In this document: positions 56,746 to 64,000 of the stretch, one piece after another
How the letters are laid out: every line of letters starts with the position of its first letter
Position numbering within the stretch: the first letter of the stretch is position 1
Assembly: GCA_965198065.1 (NCBI GenBank)
Contig: CBDAON010000004.1
Location: 1 to 64,000, forward strand
Reading direction: 5' to 3'
Source: Longimicrobiales bacterium
GTDB lineage: Bacteria; Gemmatimonadota; Gemmatimonadetes; Longimicrobiales; Gaopeijiaceae
Length of the DNA stretch: 64,000 nt
Position numbers and translations under genes: made by a program
The notes under the pieces: model-generated
The model's input: the letters and a program-made list of their open reading frames with translations, nothing else
What the model was told of the DNA's origin: nothing
Database searches by the model: none

Positions 56746-58521
56746 GTGGGCCGCATCCACGAAGGGCTCCCCATCTCGGAGGGAATTGCCATCGGCCCCG
56801 TCCGGCGGGTCCGCTGGGGTGTGCCCGAGGTCCCCCATCTGACGGTGCCCGAAGAGCAGGTGGACCGGGAAGTGGAGCGCTTTCACGAGGCCCGAGCCTG
56901 GGCGCGCGACTGTCTGGACGCGATCCGGGAAGGGACTGCCCAGCGCCTCGGAAGCATGGAGGCCCGGATCTTCGAGCCCCAGCTCCTCATGCTGGACGAC
57001 CCCGACCTCGTGGACGGAACGCTCCGCTACATCCGGGAAAACCGACTGACGGCGCCCCGCGCCTTCGAGTGGAGAGTCCTGGAGCTCCAGGCGCTCTGGG
57101 TGCGGACGTCGAATCCGCTGGTGCTGGACCGGCTGAACGATCTGGAGGACCTTCTCGTCAGGGTCCTCCATCGCCTGCTCGATCTTCCCGAGCCTGACGA
57201 CATGGTCGGGGACGGATCCGGCGCCATCGTGGTCGCGAGGAACCTGACTCCGTCCCTCACGGTCCTGATGGATCCCTCCCAGGTCCTGGGGATTGCGACG
57301 GATCTCGGAACGAGAACCTCCCACTGGGCCATCCTTGCTCGCTCCGCCGGGATCCCGGCCGTGGGGGGGCTCGGGGACGTGTCTCAGCGCGTCCGCGTGG
57401 GCGAGCAGGCCATCGTGGACGGGCGGGTCGGTCGAGTGATCCTGGATCCGAGCGAGAGAGAGCGGGCGGTCTTCTCAGAGCGGAAGGGAAGGATCCGGGC
57501 CTGGGAGCAGGGACTGGCCGAGCTCGCCCAACTCGATCCGGTGACGCTCGACGGTCAGCCGGTCGCCCTTCGCGCGAACATCGACCTCCCGAACGAGGCC
57601 GCGCGCGCTCGTGACTACGGGGCCGAGGGCGTTGGTCTCTTCCGCACCGAGTTTCTCGTCGTGGGGCGGAGATCCATGCCGGAGGAGGAAGAGCAGTACG
57701 AGAGCTATCGACAGGTCGTGGACGTGTTCCCCCAGCAGGCGGTCTTCATCCGGACGTACGATCTGGGCGGAGACAAATTCCCCATGTTCTTGAGCATGCC
57801 GGCCGAGGAGAACCCGTTCCTCGGATGGCGGGGGATCCGGGTATGTCTGGACAAACTCGATCTCTTCCGCCCTCAGCTCAGAGCCATCCTTCGGGCCACG
57901 GCCCACGGGGACGTGCGCATCCTGCTCCCTCTGGTGAACGACGTGGACGAGGTCGCGCGAGTGCGTGAGCTCCTCGCGGAGGAGGAGGAGGCGCTCAAGC
58001 GTGCGGGCCATCCATTCTCGTCCGGATACAAGCTCGGCTGCCTGGTCGAAACCCCTGCCGCCGCGCTGGACGCGGTGGAGCTCGCACGACATTGTGACTT
58101 CTTCTCGGTCGGGACGAACGACCTCGTTCAGTACACGCTGGCGGTGGATCGCACGAATGCCAGACTCGCGAACCTGTACAATCCGTTCCACCCGTCCGTC
58201 GTACGGCTGCTGCACCAGGTTTCCCGGGTCGGCCGGGCGGCGGGGATCGAAGTGAGCGCCTGTGGAGAGATAGCGGCGAACCCGCTCGGGACCTTTCTGC
58301 TGTTGGGCCTGGACATTACCGCCCTGTCCGTGTCCTGGCCGTCACTCCCCGAGGTGAAGAAGGTGATCCGGAGCGTCCGGATCGAAGACGCGCGCGTGGC
58401 CGCGCGCAAGGCGCTCGCGGCGCCGACCTCGCGCGACGTGACGCGGGCCCTGGCGGAAGGGATCGGGTCGGCCGTGGATCTCGCCGCGTTTTCCGGCCGC
58501 TGGAGCCTCTCACTCACCTGA
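56746..58521 (+). CDS. ptsI: PTS enzyme I
   Basis: [40 protein letters not shown] and CGE. Confidence 0.96.
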   Translation: MGRIHEGLPISEGIAIGPVRRVRWGVPEVPHLTVPEEQVDREVERFHEARAWARDCLDAIREGTAQRLGSMEARIFEPQLLMLDDPDLVDGTLRYIRENRLTAPRAFEWRVLELQALWVRTSNPLVLDRLNDLEDLLVRVLHRLLDLPEPDDMVGDGSGAIVVARNLTPSLTVLMDPSQVLGIATDLGTRTSHWAILARSAGIPAVGGLGDVSQRVRVGEQAIVDGRVGRVILDPSERERAVFSERKGRIRAWEQGLAELAQLDPVTLDGQPVALRANIDLPNEAARARDYGAEGVGLFRTEFLVVGRRSMPEEEEQYESYRQVVDVFPQQAVFIRTYDLGGDKFPMFLSMPAEENPFLGWRGIRVCLDKLDLFRPQLRAILRATAHGDVRILLPLVNDVDEVARVRELLAEEEEALKRAGHPFSSGYKLGCLVETPAAALDAVELARHCDFFSVGTNDLVQYTLAVDRTNARLANLYNPFHPSVVRLLHQVSRVGRAAGIEVSACGEIAANPLGTFLLLGLDITALSVSWPSLPEVKKVIRSVRIEDARVAARKALAAPTSRDVTRALAEGIGSAVDLAAFSGRWSLSLT

Positions 58522-58541
58522 ACCCTGGTTGCCCCACGCCC

Positions 58542-59774
58542 ATGGAGACCACTCGTTCGACCGAACCCAAGCCCGCCCTGCGAAAGGACAATGCTCTGAG
58601 CATCCGGCAGTTCTCGTCGGAGTCGGTGTGCGAGGGGCATCCAGACAAGGTGGCGGATCAGATATCGGACGCGGTGCTGGACTGCGTCCTCGCGTCGGAC
58701 GTGGAGGGGCGGGTGGCCTGTGAGACGCTCGTGACGACCGGCCTCGCGCTCGTGGCCGGGGAGATCACCACGAGCGCGCGTATCGATATTCCCGAGATCG
58801 TGCGGGAAACGATCGTTGGCATTGGGTATGACGATCCGGCGTACGGGATCGACGGAAAGACATGCGCTGTCCTCGTCGCGATCGATCGCCAGTCCGACGA
58901 CATCAAAATCGGGGTCGATACCGGAGGGGCCGGCGATCAGGGGATGATGTTCGGGTTCGCGACCGACGAGACCGAGGAGCTCTTGCCGGCTCCAATCGTC
59001 TTCGCCCACCGGCTCACCCGGGCCCTGTCCGACGCACGTCGAAGCGGGACGATCCCGTGGCTCCGCCCCGACGGGAAGTCCCAGGTCACGGTGGCGTACG
59101 AAGGCGATCGCCCGGTTCAGGTCACGGCCGTCGTCCTGAGCGCGCAGCACGAGCCCGACGTCTCGACAGCCGAGATCCGCGATGTCCTCCGGCGGGAAGT
59201 AATCCTGCCGTCGTTGCCCTCCGATCTGTTCGATGCCGAGAGCGCGGCCGTCCACGTGAATCCGACGGGGCGGTTCGTGACCGGGGGACCCCAGGGAGAC
59301 GTGGGGCTCACCGGGAGAAAGGTCATCGTGGACACGTACGGCGGAATGGGGCGTCACGGAGGCGGCGCGTTCTCGGGGAAGGACCCCACCAAGGTGGACC
59401 GCTCCGCCGCCTACGCCGCGCGGTGGGCCGCCAAGCACGTGGTGGCCGCGGAGTTAGCCCGGCGCTGCGAGATCCAGCTCGCGTACGCCATCGGGGTCGT
59501 GGAGCCCGTATCCATCCGCGTGGACACTCTCGGCACGGGCGTGGTTCCCGACGACAAAATCTCGCGCGCCCTCCGGTCCGTCTTCGAGTTTCGCCCCGCC
59601 GCCATCATCCGGGATCTCGGCCTCCGGAACCCCATCTTCAGTCCCACCGCAGCGTACGGGCACTTCGGGAGAGCCTCCGAGAGCCAGGTTCGAGACGGGC
59701 GGACGGTCTCTCTGTTCCCATGGGAAAGAACGGATCGGGTCTCCGACTTACTGTCCGCCGTCGAGGCGAGCTAG
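58542..59774 (+). CDS. metK: S-adenosylmethionine synthetase
   Basis: SESV.EGHPDK, GAGDQG, GLTGRK and [16 protein letters not shown]. Confidence 0.98.
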   Translation: METTRSTEPKPALRKDNALSIRQFSSESVCEGHPDKVADQISDAVLDCVLASDVEGRVACETLVTTGLALVAGEITTSARIDIPEIVRETIVGIGYDDPAYGIDGKTCAVLVAIDRQSDDIKIGVDTGGAGDQGMMFGFATDETEELLPAPIVFAHRLTRALSDARRSGTIPWLRPDGKSQVTVAYEGDRPVQVTAVVLSAQHEPDVSTAEIRDVLRREVILPSLPSDLFDAESAAVHVNPTGRFVTGGPQGDVGLTGRKVIVDTYGGMGRHGGGAFSGKDPTKVDRSAAYAARWAAKHVVAAELARRCEIQLAYAIGVVEPVSIRVDTLGTGVVPDDKISRALRSVFEFRPAAIIRDLGLRNPIFSPTAAYGHFGRASESQVRDGRTVSLFPWERTDRVSDLLSAVEAS

Positions 59775-59928
59775 CGGCAGGTCGCTAGTGTTCCGAGTCA
59801 CTGGTTGGCCGGCGCTCGGGAACCCGCCATCCCACGGGGGGTTGGAATCGGGCGCGATGGGTTCGTCGAGGCGGGAGCCTCGACGAACACGGGGGGACGC
59901 CACGAGGGATGCCGGATGAGGAGGGAGC

Positions 59929-60465
59929 GTGCTGGTTGAGGTCAAGGTACAGAGCCTGGGACTCGACAGAGCTTCGAACACGCCGGTCCTCATCCTCAGG
60001 GAGCTCGAGGGTGATCGGGTCCTCCCGATCTGGATCGGTCCCGGTGAGGCCAGCGCCATCGCGATGCAGCTGGCCCAGATGAAGTTTTCTCGCCCGTTGA
60101 CCCACGACCTGATTGTGTCTGTCGTCTCGGGCATGGGGGGGGATCTGGATCGGGTGGTGATCACGAAAGTGGCCGACTCCACGTATTACGCGGAGCTCGT
60201 GATTCAACGGCCCGACGACACGATTAGCGTGGACGCTCGTCCGTCCGACTCGATCGCGGTGGCGCTCCGGACCGACGCCAGGATCTTCGCGGAAGACGAT
60301 CTCCTGGAGCTCGCGTCCATCGAGGTGACGGACGACGAGGTCCAACTTTCCACTGAGGGCGGGAGCCGCGCGAAAGGGGAGGGGGCGGCGTTCGCGGACG
60401 CCGATGAGCTGAAGGAGTACCTCCGTCGGCTGAATCCGGAGGACTTCGGCCGCTTCTCTCCCTGA
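59929..60465 (+). CDS. Bifunctional nuclease family (DUF151) protein
   Basis: LPIWIG..EA.AI, RPLTHDL and DARPSDSIA.A. Confidence 0.93.
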   Translation: MLVEVKVQSLGLDRASNTPVLILRELEGDRVLPIWIGPGEASAIAMQLAQMKFSRPLTHDLIVSVVSGMGGDLDRVVITKVADSTYYAELVIQRPDDTISVDARPSDSIAVALRTDARIFAEDDLLELASIEVTDDEVQLSTEGGSRAKGEGAAFADADELKEYLRRLNPEDFGRFSP

Positions 60466-60476
60466 CCGGAACACGT

Positions 60477-61637
60477 ATGCGCGCGAGCGAGTTCCGGAAA
60501 CCTCCCCCCCTGACCCGGCTCGCTCTCGCGGGCCTCTTCCTCATCCCGGTCGCCGCGGGCGCCCAGGAGACCGTACGGGCAGCCGTTTCGGGGCAACTTC
60601 TCGTCGCGGGTCTTCCAGCCGACTCGGGTACCGCAGTTCTCCATCGGATCACACCGGAGGACGATCAGGGCGAGCTGGCGTCGGTCGTGGTGGATCCCGA
60701 CGGCTTCTTCCTGCTCCAGCTCCCGAATCTTCCGGTGCCCGGGACGGACACGTTCCTCGTTACGACCCGATACGACGGGATTCTCTATTACGGGCCGCCG
60801 ATCCGGACGCCGGCGCAGCTGGACTCCCTCTACGTCGTTCAGGCGTTCCCGGCCGAGGCCGCCCCGGAGAGCGGGATCCGCTTTCCCATCGCGCTCCTGG
60901 AGATCACCGTCGAGGAGGGGCCGAGGGGGTGGCTGGTGACCGAGGCCTTCATCGTGAGAAACGACTCTGGGGTCACGTACGTCCCCAGCGGAGCCGGGGG
61001 CACTGTTTGGCAATACCCGCTTCCGGCCGGCGCTCTCGCTCCGCGCGTGGTCGAGCGGGGGCCCGCGGAGGGCCCCGTGGGGTTTGAAGACGGTCGGATC
61101 GTCGCCCGGAATCCGATCCTTCCGGGGCCCATGAACTACTTCATGGTCGAGTACGACGTCGAGAGCCTCGAGATCGACTTCGAGATGCCAGGCGAAGTGC
61201 AGGCGGCCCAGATCTTCGTCCGCGAGCCGGCCCCCTCGATCCTGGTGAACGGTATGGCCCCGATCGAGCCTGTGGAGGACGGAGGCACGTCGTACCTCCG
61301 ATGGGTCGCCCAGGGGATCAGGGACCAGATGGTCCAAGTGCGAATCGGGGAGGACACGGGTCCCGGCACCGGGGTCTGGTTCTCCATCACCCTGGCCCTC
61401 CTCCTGGTGGCGGGCGGAATCTGGGGTGTGGCGCAACAGGGAAGGCCGGCCCGTGGCGGTCCGGGGCCCGAGCTCGCCACGGCGGGTGGTACCGTGCCGA
61501 GGACGCGCAGGGATATTCTCCTCGAGGTCGCGCGACTGGACGAGGACTTCCACCGGACGGGGGAGCCCGGGGGAGCGGCGTGGAACCGATACTTAACCCG
61601 GAGAGCCGAGCTTCTGCGCGAGCTGTCTGGGCCCTAG
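60477..61637 (+). CDS. Hypothetical exported membrane-anchored protein
   Basis: Signal peptide, beta-rich periplasmic region, one C-terminal TM helix and RRDILLE.A.LD tail. Confidence 0.7.
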   Translation: MRASEFRKPPPLTRLALAGLFLIPVAAGAQETVRAAVSGQLLVAGLPADSGTAVLHRITPEDDQGELASVVVDPDGFFLLQLPNLPVPGTDTFLVTTRYDGILYYGPPIRTPAQLDSLYVVQAFPAEAAPESGIRFPIALLEITVEEGPRGWLVTEAFIVRNDSGVTYVPSGAGGTVWQYPLPAGALAPRVVERGPAEGPVGFEDGRIVARNPILPGPMNYFMVEYDVESLEIDFEMPGEVQAAQIFVREPAPSILVNGMAPIEPVEDGGTSYLRWVAQGIRDQMVQVRIGEDTGPGTGVWFSITLALLLVAGGIWGVAQQGRPARGGPGPELATAGGTVPRTRRDILLEVARLDEDFHRTGEPGGAAWNRYLTRRAELLRELSGP

Positions 61638-61640
61638 CCG

Positions 61641-62456
61641 ATGACGCTCGTCACCACGCGGGCGATCTTACTCCGTTCCCATCCGTACTCGGACTCATCC
61701 AGGATCCTGAGATTTCTCACCCGTGAGCGAGGTCTGATGGGCCTCGTGGGGAAGGGTGTACGGGCCCGAAGCTCGAAAGGGGAGGCCGGCCTGGATACGT
61801 TCGCCGAGGGCGTCCTGACCTTCTTCTTTCGCTCCGCCCGGGAGCTCCAGACGATGAGGGGGTTCGAGCGCACCAGCAACTCGCTCGAGCTCGGGCGGGA
61901 CCTTCCGCGCTTCCTGGGAGCCTCCCTCGTGGCCGAGCTCCTCCTCGCGCACGCCCTCGAGGAGGGCGATCCAGAGCTGTATGACTGGATCTCGGCCGTC
62001 CTGGCGCGCCTGGGAGACGCACCCGCGGCTGAGGTTCCGGGGTGGATCCTCGCCGGGGCCTGGCGTACCCTCGCCCACCTCGGATTCGCGCCCGGGCTCA
62101 CGAGTTGTGTGGGCTGCGGGCAAGCTCCAGCGTGGGGTGACGGTGATCTCTACCGTCTGGACGCGGCCTCCGGCGGAATCCGTTGTCCGGACTGCTCGGT
62201 CGGGCGAGAGCTCCCCCGGGTCGGGCCGCGGGCCCACGCCGACCTGCTGAGGCTCGTCCAGGGCGACCCGCCCCCGCTCCTTCCCGGCGTCCGGGGACAT
62301 CTTCGCTATCTGGAGGCTTTTTCCAGCCATCACCTGGCCCCCACACGCCGGTTTCGGTCCTTTGCGCTGCTCCGGCCCTTCGTTGGGACTTCCGAAGGGG
62401 CCGAGGCCGATCAGGGAAGGCAGGGGAAAAGGGGGGCCGATAGAGAGATGGCTTGA
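61641..62456 (+). CDS. recO: DNA repair protein RecO
   Basis: AILLR...YSDSSRI...T...G....KG.R, and C..C ... C..C zinc finger. Confidence 0.92.
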   Translation: MTLVTTRAILLRSHPYSDSSRILRFLTRERGLMGLVGKGVRARSSKGEAGLDTFAEGVLTFFFRSARELQTMRGFERTSNSLELGRDLPRFLGASLVAELLLAHALEEGDPELYDWISAVLARLGDAPAAEVPGWILAGAWRTLAHLGFAPGLTSCVGCGQAPAWGDGDLYRLDAASGGIRCPDCSVGRELPRVGPRAHADLLRLVQGDPPPLLPGVRGHLRYLEAFSSHHLAPTRRFRSFALLRPFVGTSEGAEADQGRQGKRGADREMA

Positions 62457-62573
62457 CCGCCCGATTGAAAGTCCATAGATAATGAAGGCAACTATTCGTG
62501 AAGTCATGTAGTCAAACTTCAAGGAGCACTATTCCTTTTTCTGGTACGATGAGAGGAGTGTGCGGAGGGTCGG

Positions 62574-63026
62574 ATGCGGCACGCGTTGCTGTTCGTGCTC
62601 GTCCTGATCTCCGCGCCGCTGTCGTCTGAGGGGCTTTACGCCCAGCAGGCGGGTGCGGCAGCCGGGGCGCCGGAGGCCTCGGAACTGGGGTTCCAGCTCG
62701 GGACCAATTACCCCAATCCGTTCAGTCCCGACACGAGAATCCCGTTCGAGCTCTTCGAGAGCCTCTTTGTGGGTGGGCGGTCGGCGAGTGTCACGGTCCG
62801 GGTATACGACATTCTCCGGCAGTATGTAGCGTCGCCCACCGCATTGGGCCATCCGGCAGGAGATGGGACACCTGTGATCGACCTGGAGTATACGGCTCCG
62901 GGGCGATACGAGGCGTATTGGGACGGGCGGAACCGTTCCGGCGCCTACGTGCCGTCGGGGGTCTACATCCTCGAGCTCAGTGTGAACGGGCAGTCCCAGA
63001 ACCGCCGGATTTTCGTAGGGAGCTGA
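62574..63026 (+). CDS. Secreted stand-alone FlgD-Ig/T9SS-CTD-like domain protein
   Basis: Signal peptide; NYPNPF; WDGRN.SG..V.SGVY. Confidence 0.8.
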   Translation: MRHALLFVLVLISAPLSSEGLYAQQAGAAAGAPEASELGFQLGTNYPNPFSPDTRIPFELFESLFVGGRSASVTVRVYDILRQYVASPTALGHPAGDGTPVIDLEYTAPGRYEAYWDGRNRSGAYVPSGVYILELSVNGQSQNRRIFVGS

Positions 63027-63128
63027 AGGCGCGGGCCCCACCCGCGAGCGTCGTTTTACACACCCCGACATACCGCAGGATCGACCTCCTGAGAGATCGA
63101 CGCCTCGCGTCCCAGAAGGGACAACAGG

Positions 63129-63581
63129 CTACCAGGCCCTTTCTTCCAGCAGCTCGAGGAATTCGCTCGGGTCGGACAGCCCGGAGAGGCGCTGGGGGAC
63201 CGCGGGATCCTTCGCGAACTGGGCGATCTTGCCGAGCACCGGCAGGTATTGATTCGAGATCTCCAGGGGGGGCGCGACGATCAGGAAGAAGTGTCGGACC
63301 GGCTGGCCGTCAATGGCATTGAATTCCATCCCGTCGATCTTTCGCCCGTAAGCGAGTCGGAGCTTGTTCACGACGAGCGATCGACAGTGCGGGATCGCGA
63401 TGCCCTTGCCGATTCCGGTAGAACCCAGGTTCTCCCGTCGGTTGAGCGTCTTGTAGAGGTTGGCCTCCGATTTCTCGTCCAGTCTAAGAAGGCCGATCAG
63501 CTCGCTCAGGGAGTCGTCCTTGAGCGTCGAGGCCATGTCGAGCTGGACTGTCGAGAGTGTGAAGAAATCCCTCAGCTTCAT
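63129..63581 (-). CDS. ptsN: PTS IIA, nitrogen-regulatory/fructose-mannitol family
   Basis: RENLGSTGIGKGIAIPHCR and F.AIDGQPV. Confidence 0.88.
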   Translation of the reverse strand: MKLRDFFTLSTVQLDMASTLKDDSLSELIGLLRLDEKSEANLYKTLNRRENLGSTGIGKGIAIPHCRSLVVNKLRLAYGRKIDGMEFNAIDGQPVRHFFLIVAPPLEISNQYLPVLGKIAQFAKDPAVPQRLSGLSDPSEFLELLEERAW

Positions 63582-63742
63582 TCGAGTCGCCTCCGGGGCG
63601 ATTTCCGTGACGGTGCGGGTGCTCGGGTTGCGAAGCGCCAACCTTACTGGAACGCGAGATCCATGTCAAAGCAGAAGCGCGCCCTGCAGGTCGGGGCGGG
63701 GCAGAGCTTCTCCGGCCTCACGTTGCGGGGTAGGTTCCTCTC

Positions 63743-64000
63743 ATGGCTTCGACGGTGCTGGACCTTCTGACCGGCTCGTACACGCCGCTCTATCTGGCCC
63801 CCCAGGCGGGGGTGAGCGAGTCCCCGTTCCGGCGCCTCTGTCGGCGTTTTGGGGCCGATGTCGTGGTCAGCGAGTTCGTGAGTGCGGACGGGATTTGCCG
63901 GGGGAACGAGCGCACCCTCGGATACCTTCGGTTCGAAGAGGAAGAGCGTCCCATCGGGGTCCAGATCTTCGGATCGGACCCTGCCATGATGGCGGACGCG
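63743..64000 (+). CDS. dusB: tRNA-dihydrouridine synthase, 3' end outside window
   Basis: LYLAPQAGVSESPFRRLC...SEFVS...RPIGVQIFGSDP (read directly; not in the ORF track). Confidence 0.9.
   Translation, partial: MASTVLDLLTGSYTPLYLAPQAGVSESPFRRLCRRFGADVVVSEFVSADGICRGNERTLGYLRFEEEERPIGVQIFGSDPAMMADA

Noticed and set aside
54478..57324. 948-aa minus-strand ORF and other long antisense ORFs over housekeeping genes (e.g. 27740-29317, 35770-37317, 58128-59438)
   Set aside because: GC-rich codon bias keeps antisense frames open. They have no motifs, and the opposite strand carries clear conserved genes.
53180..58521. Complete mannose-family PTS clustered with hprK as a novelty
   Set aside because: All components are recognisable with intact phospho-sites, and the cluster looks like conserved backbone rather than a new system.
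59775..59928. Possible SAM/SAH riboswitch or ncRNA downstream of metK
   Set aside because: Only weak GC-rich pairings; I could not match a riboswitch consensus.
62450..62545. Sigma70 promoter in the AT-rich gap after recO
   Set aside because: TTGACC/TTGAAA and GATAAT-like hexamers are present, but the spacing fits poorly, so no specific call is supported.

Overview
High-GC bacterial genome segment. The gene content and order (rnz-tyrA-aroA-cmk-rpsA ... rib operon-nusB ... hprK-mannose-type PTS-ptsI-metK ... recO-dusB) suggest Gemmatimonadota, which is an inference. The right half (33.4-64 kb) is ordinary housekeeping backbone. The left half is accessory. (i) 0.55-15.3 kb is a decayed integrative/conjugative region. 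It has two paralogous P4-type tyrosine integrases, a ColE1-type oriT with a mobC remnant, virB2-virB3 and a truncated virB4, an HTH-AlpA fusion and a repressor remnant. It also carries a visibly lower-GC cargo: Vsr, a small hypothetical, a GHKL/MORC-like ATPase fused to a histidine kinase, a receiver-domain protein, an unknown protein, and divergent N6-adenine and C5-cytosine DNA methyltransferases. No restriction endonuclease is recognisable. This cargo is the best candidate for an uncharacterised defence/DNA-modification signalling system. (ii) 15.6-19.4 kb holds one complete and one decayed IS3, a tRNA-Leu 3' fragment and gene debris. (iii) 19.4-33.2 kb holds secreted hydrolases and surface proteins, a lipoprotein gene split by a 331-bp foreign coding insert, a zf-HC2-Ogt fusion, an IS1595 element with passenger genes, and a BNR-repeat/ubiquitin-like pair. 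All product calls come from motif recognition by eye; no database searches were run.
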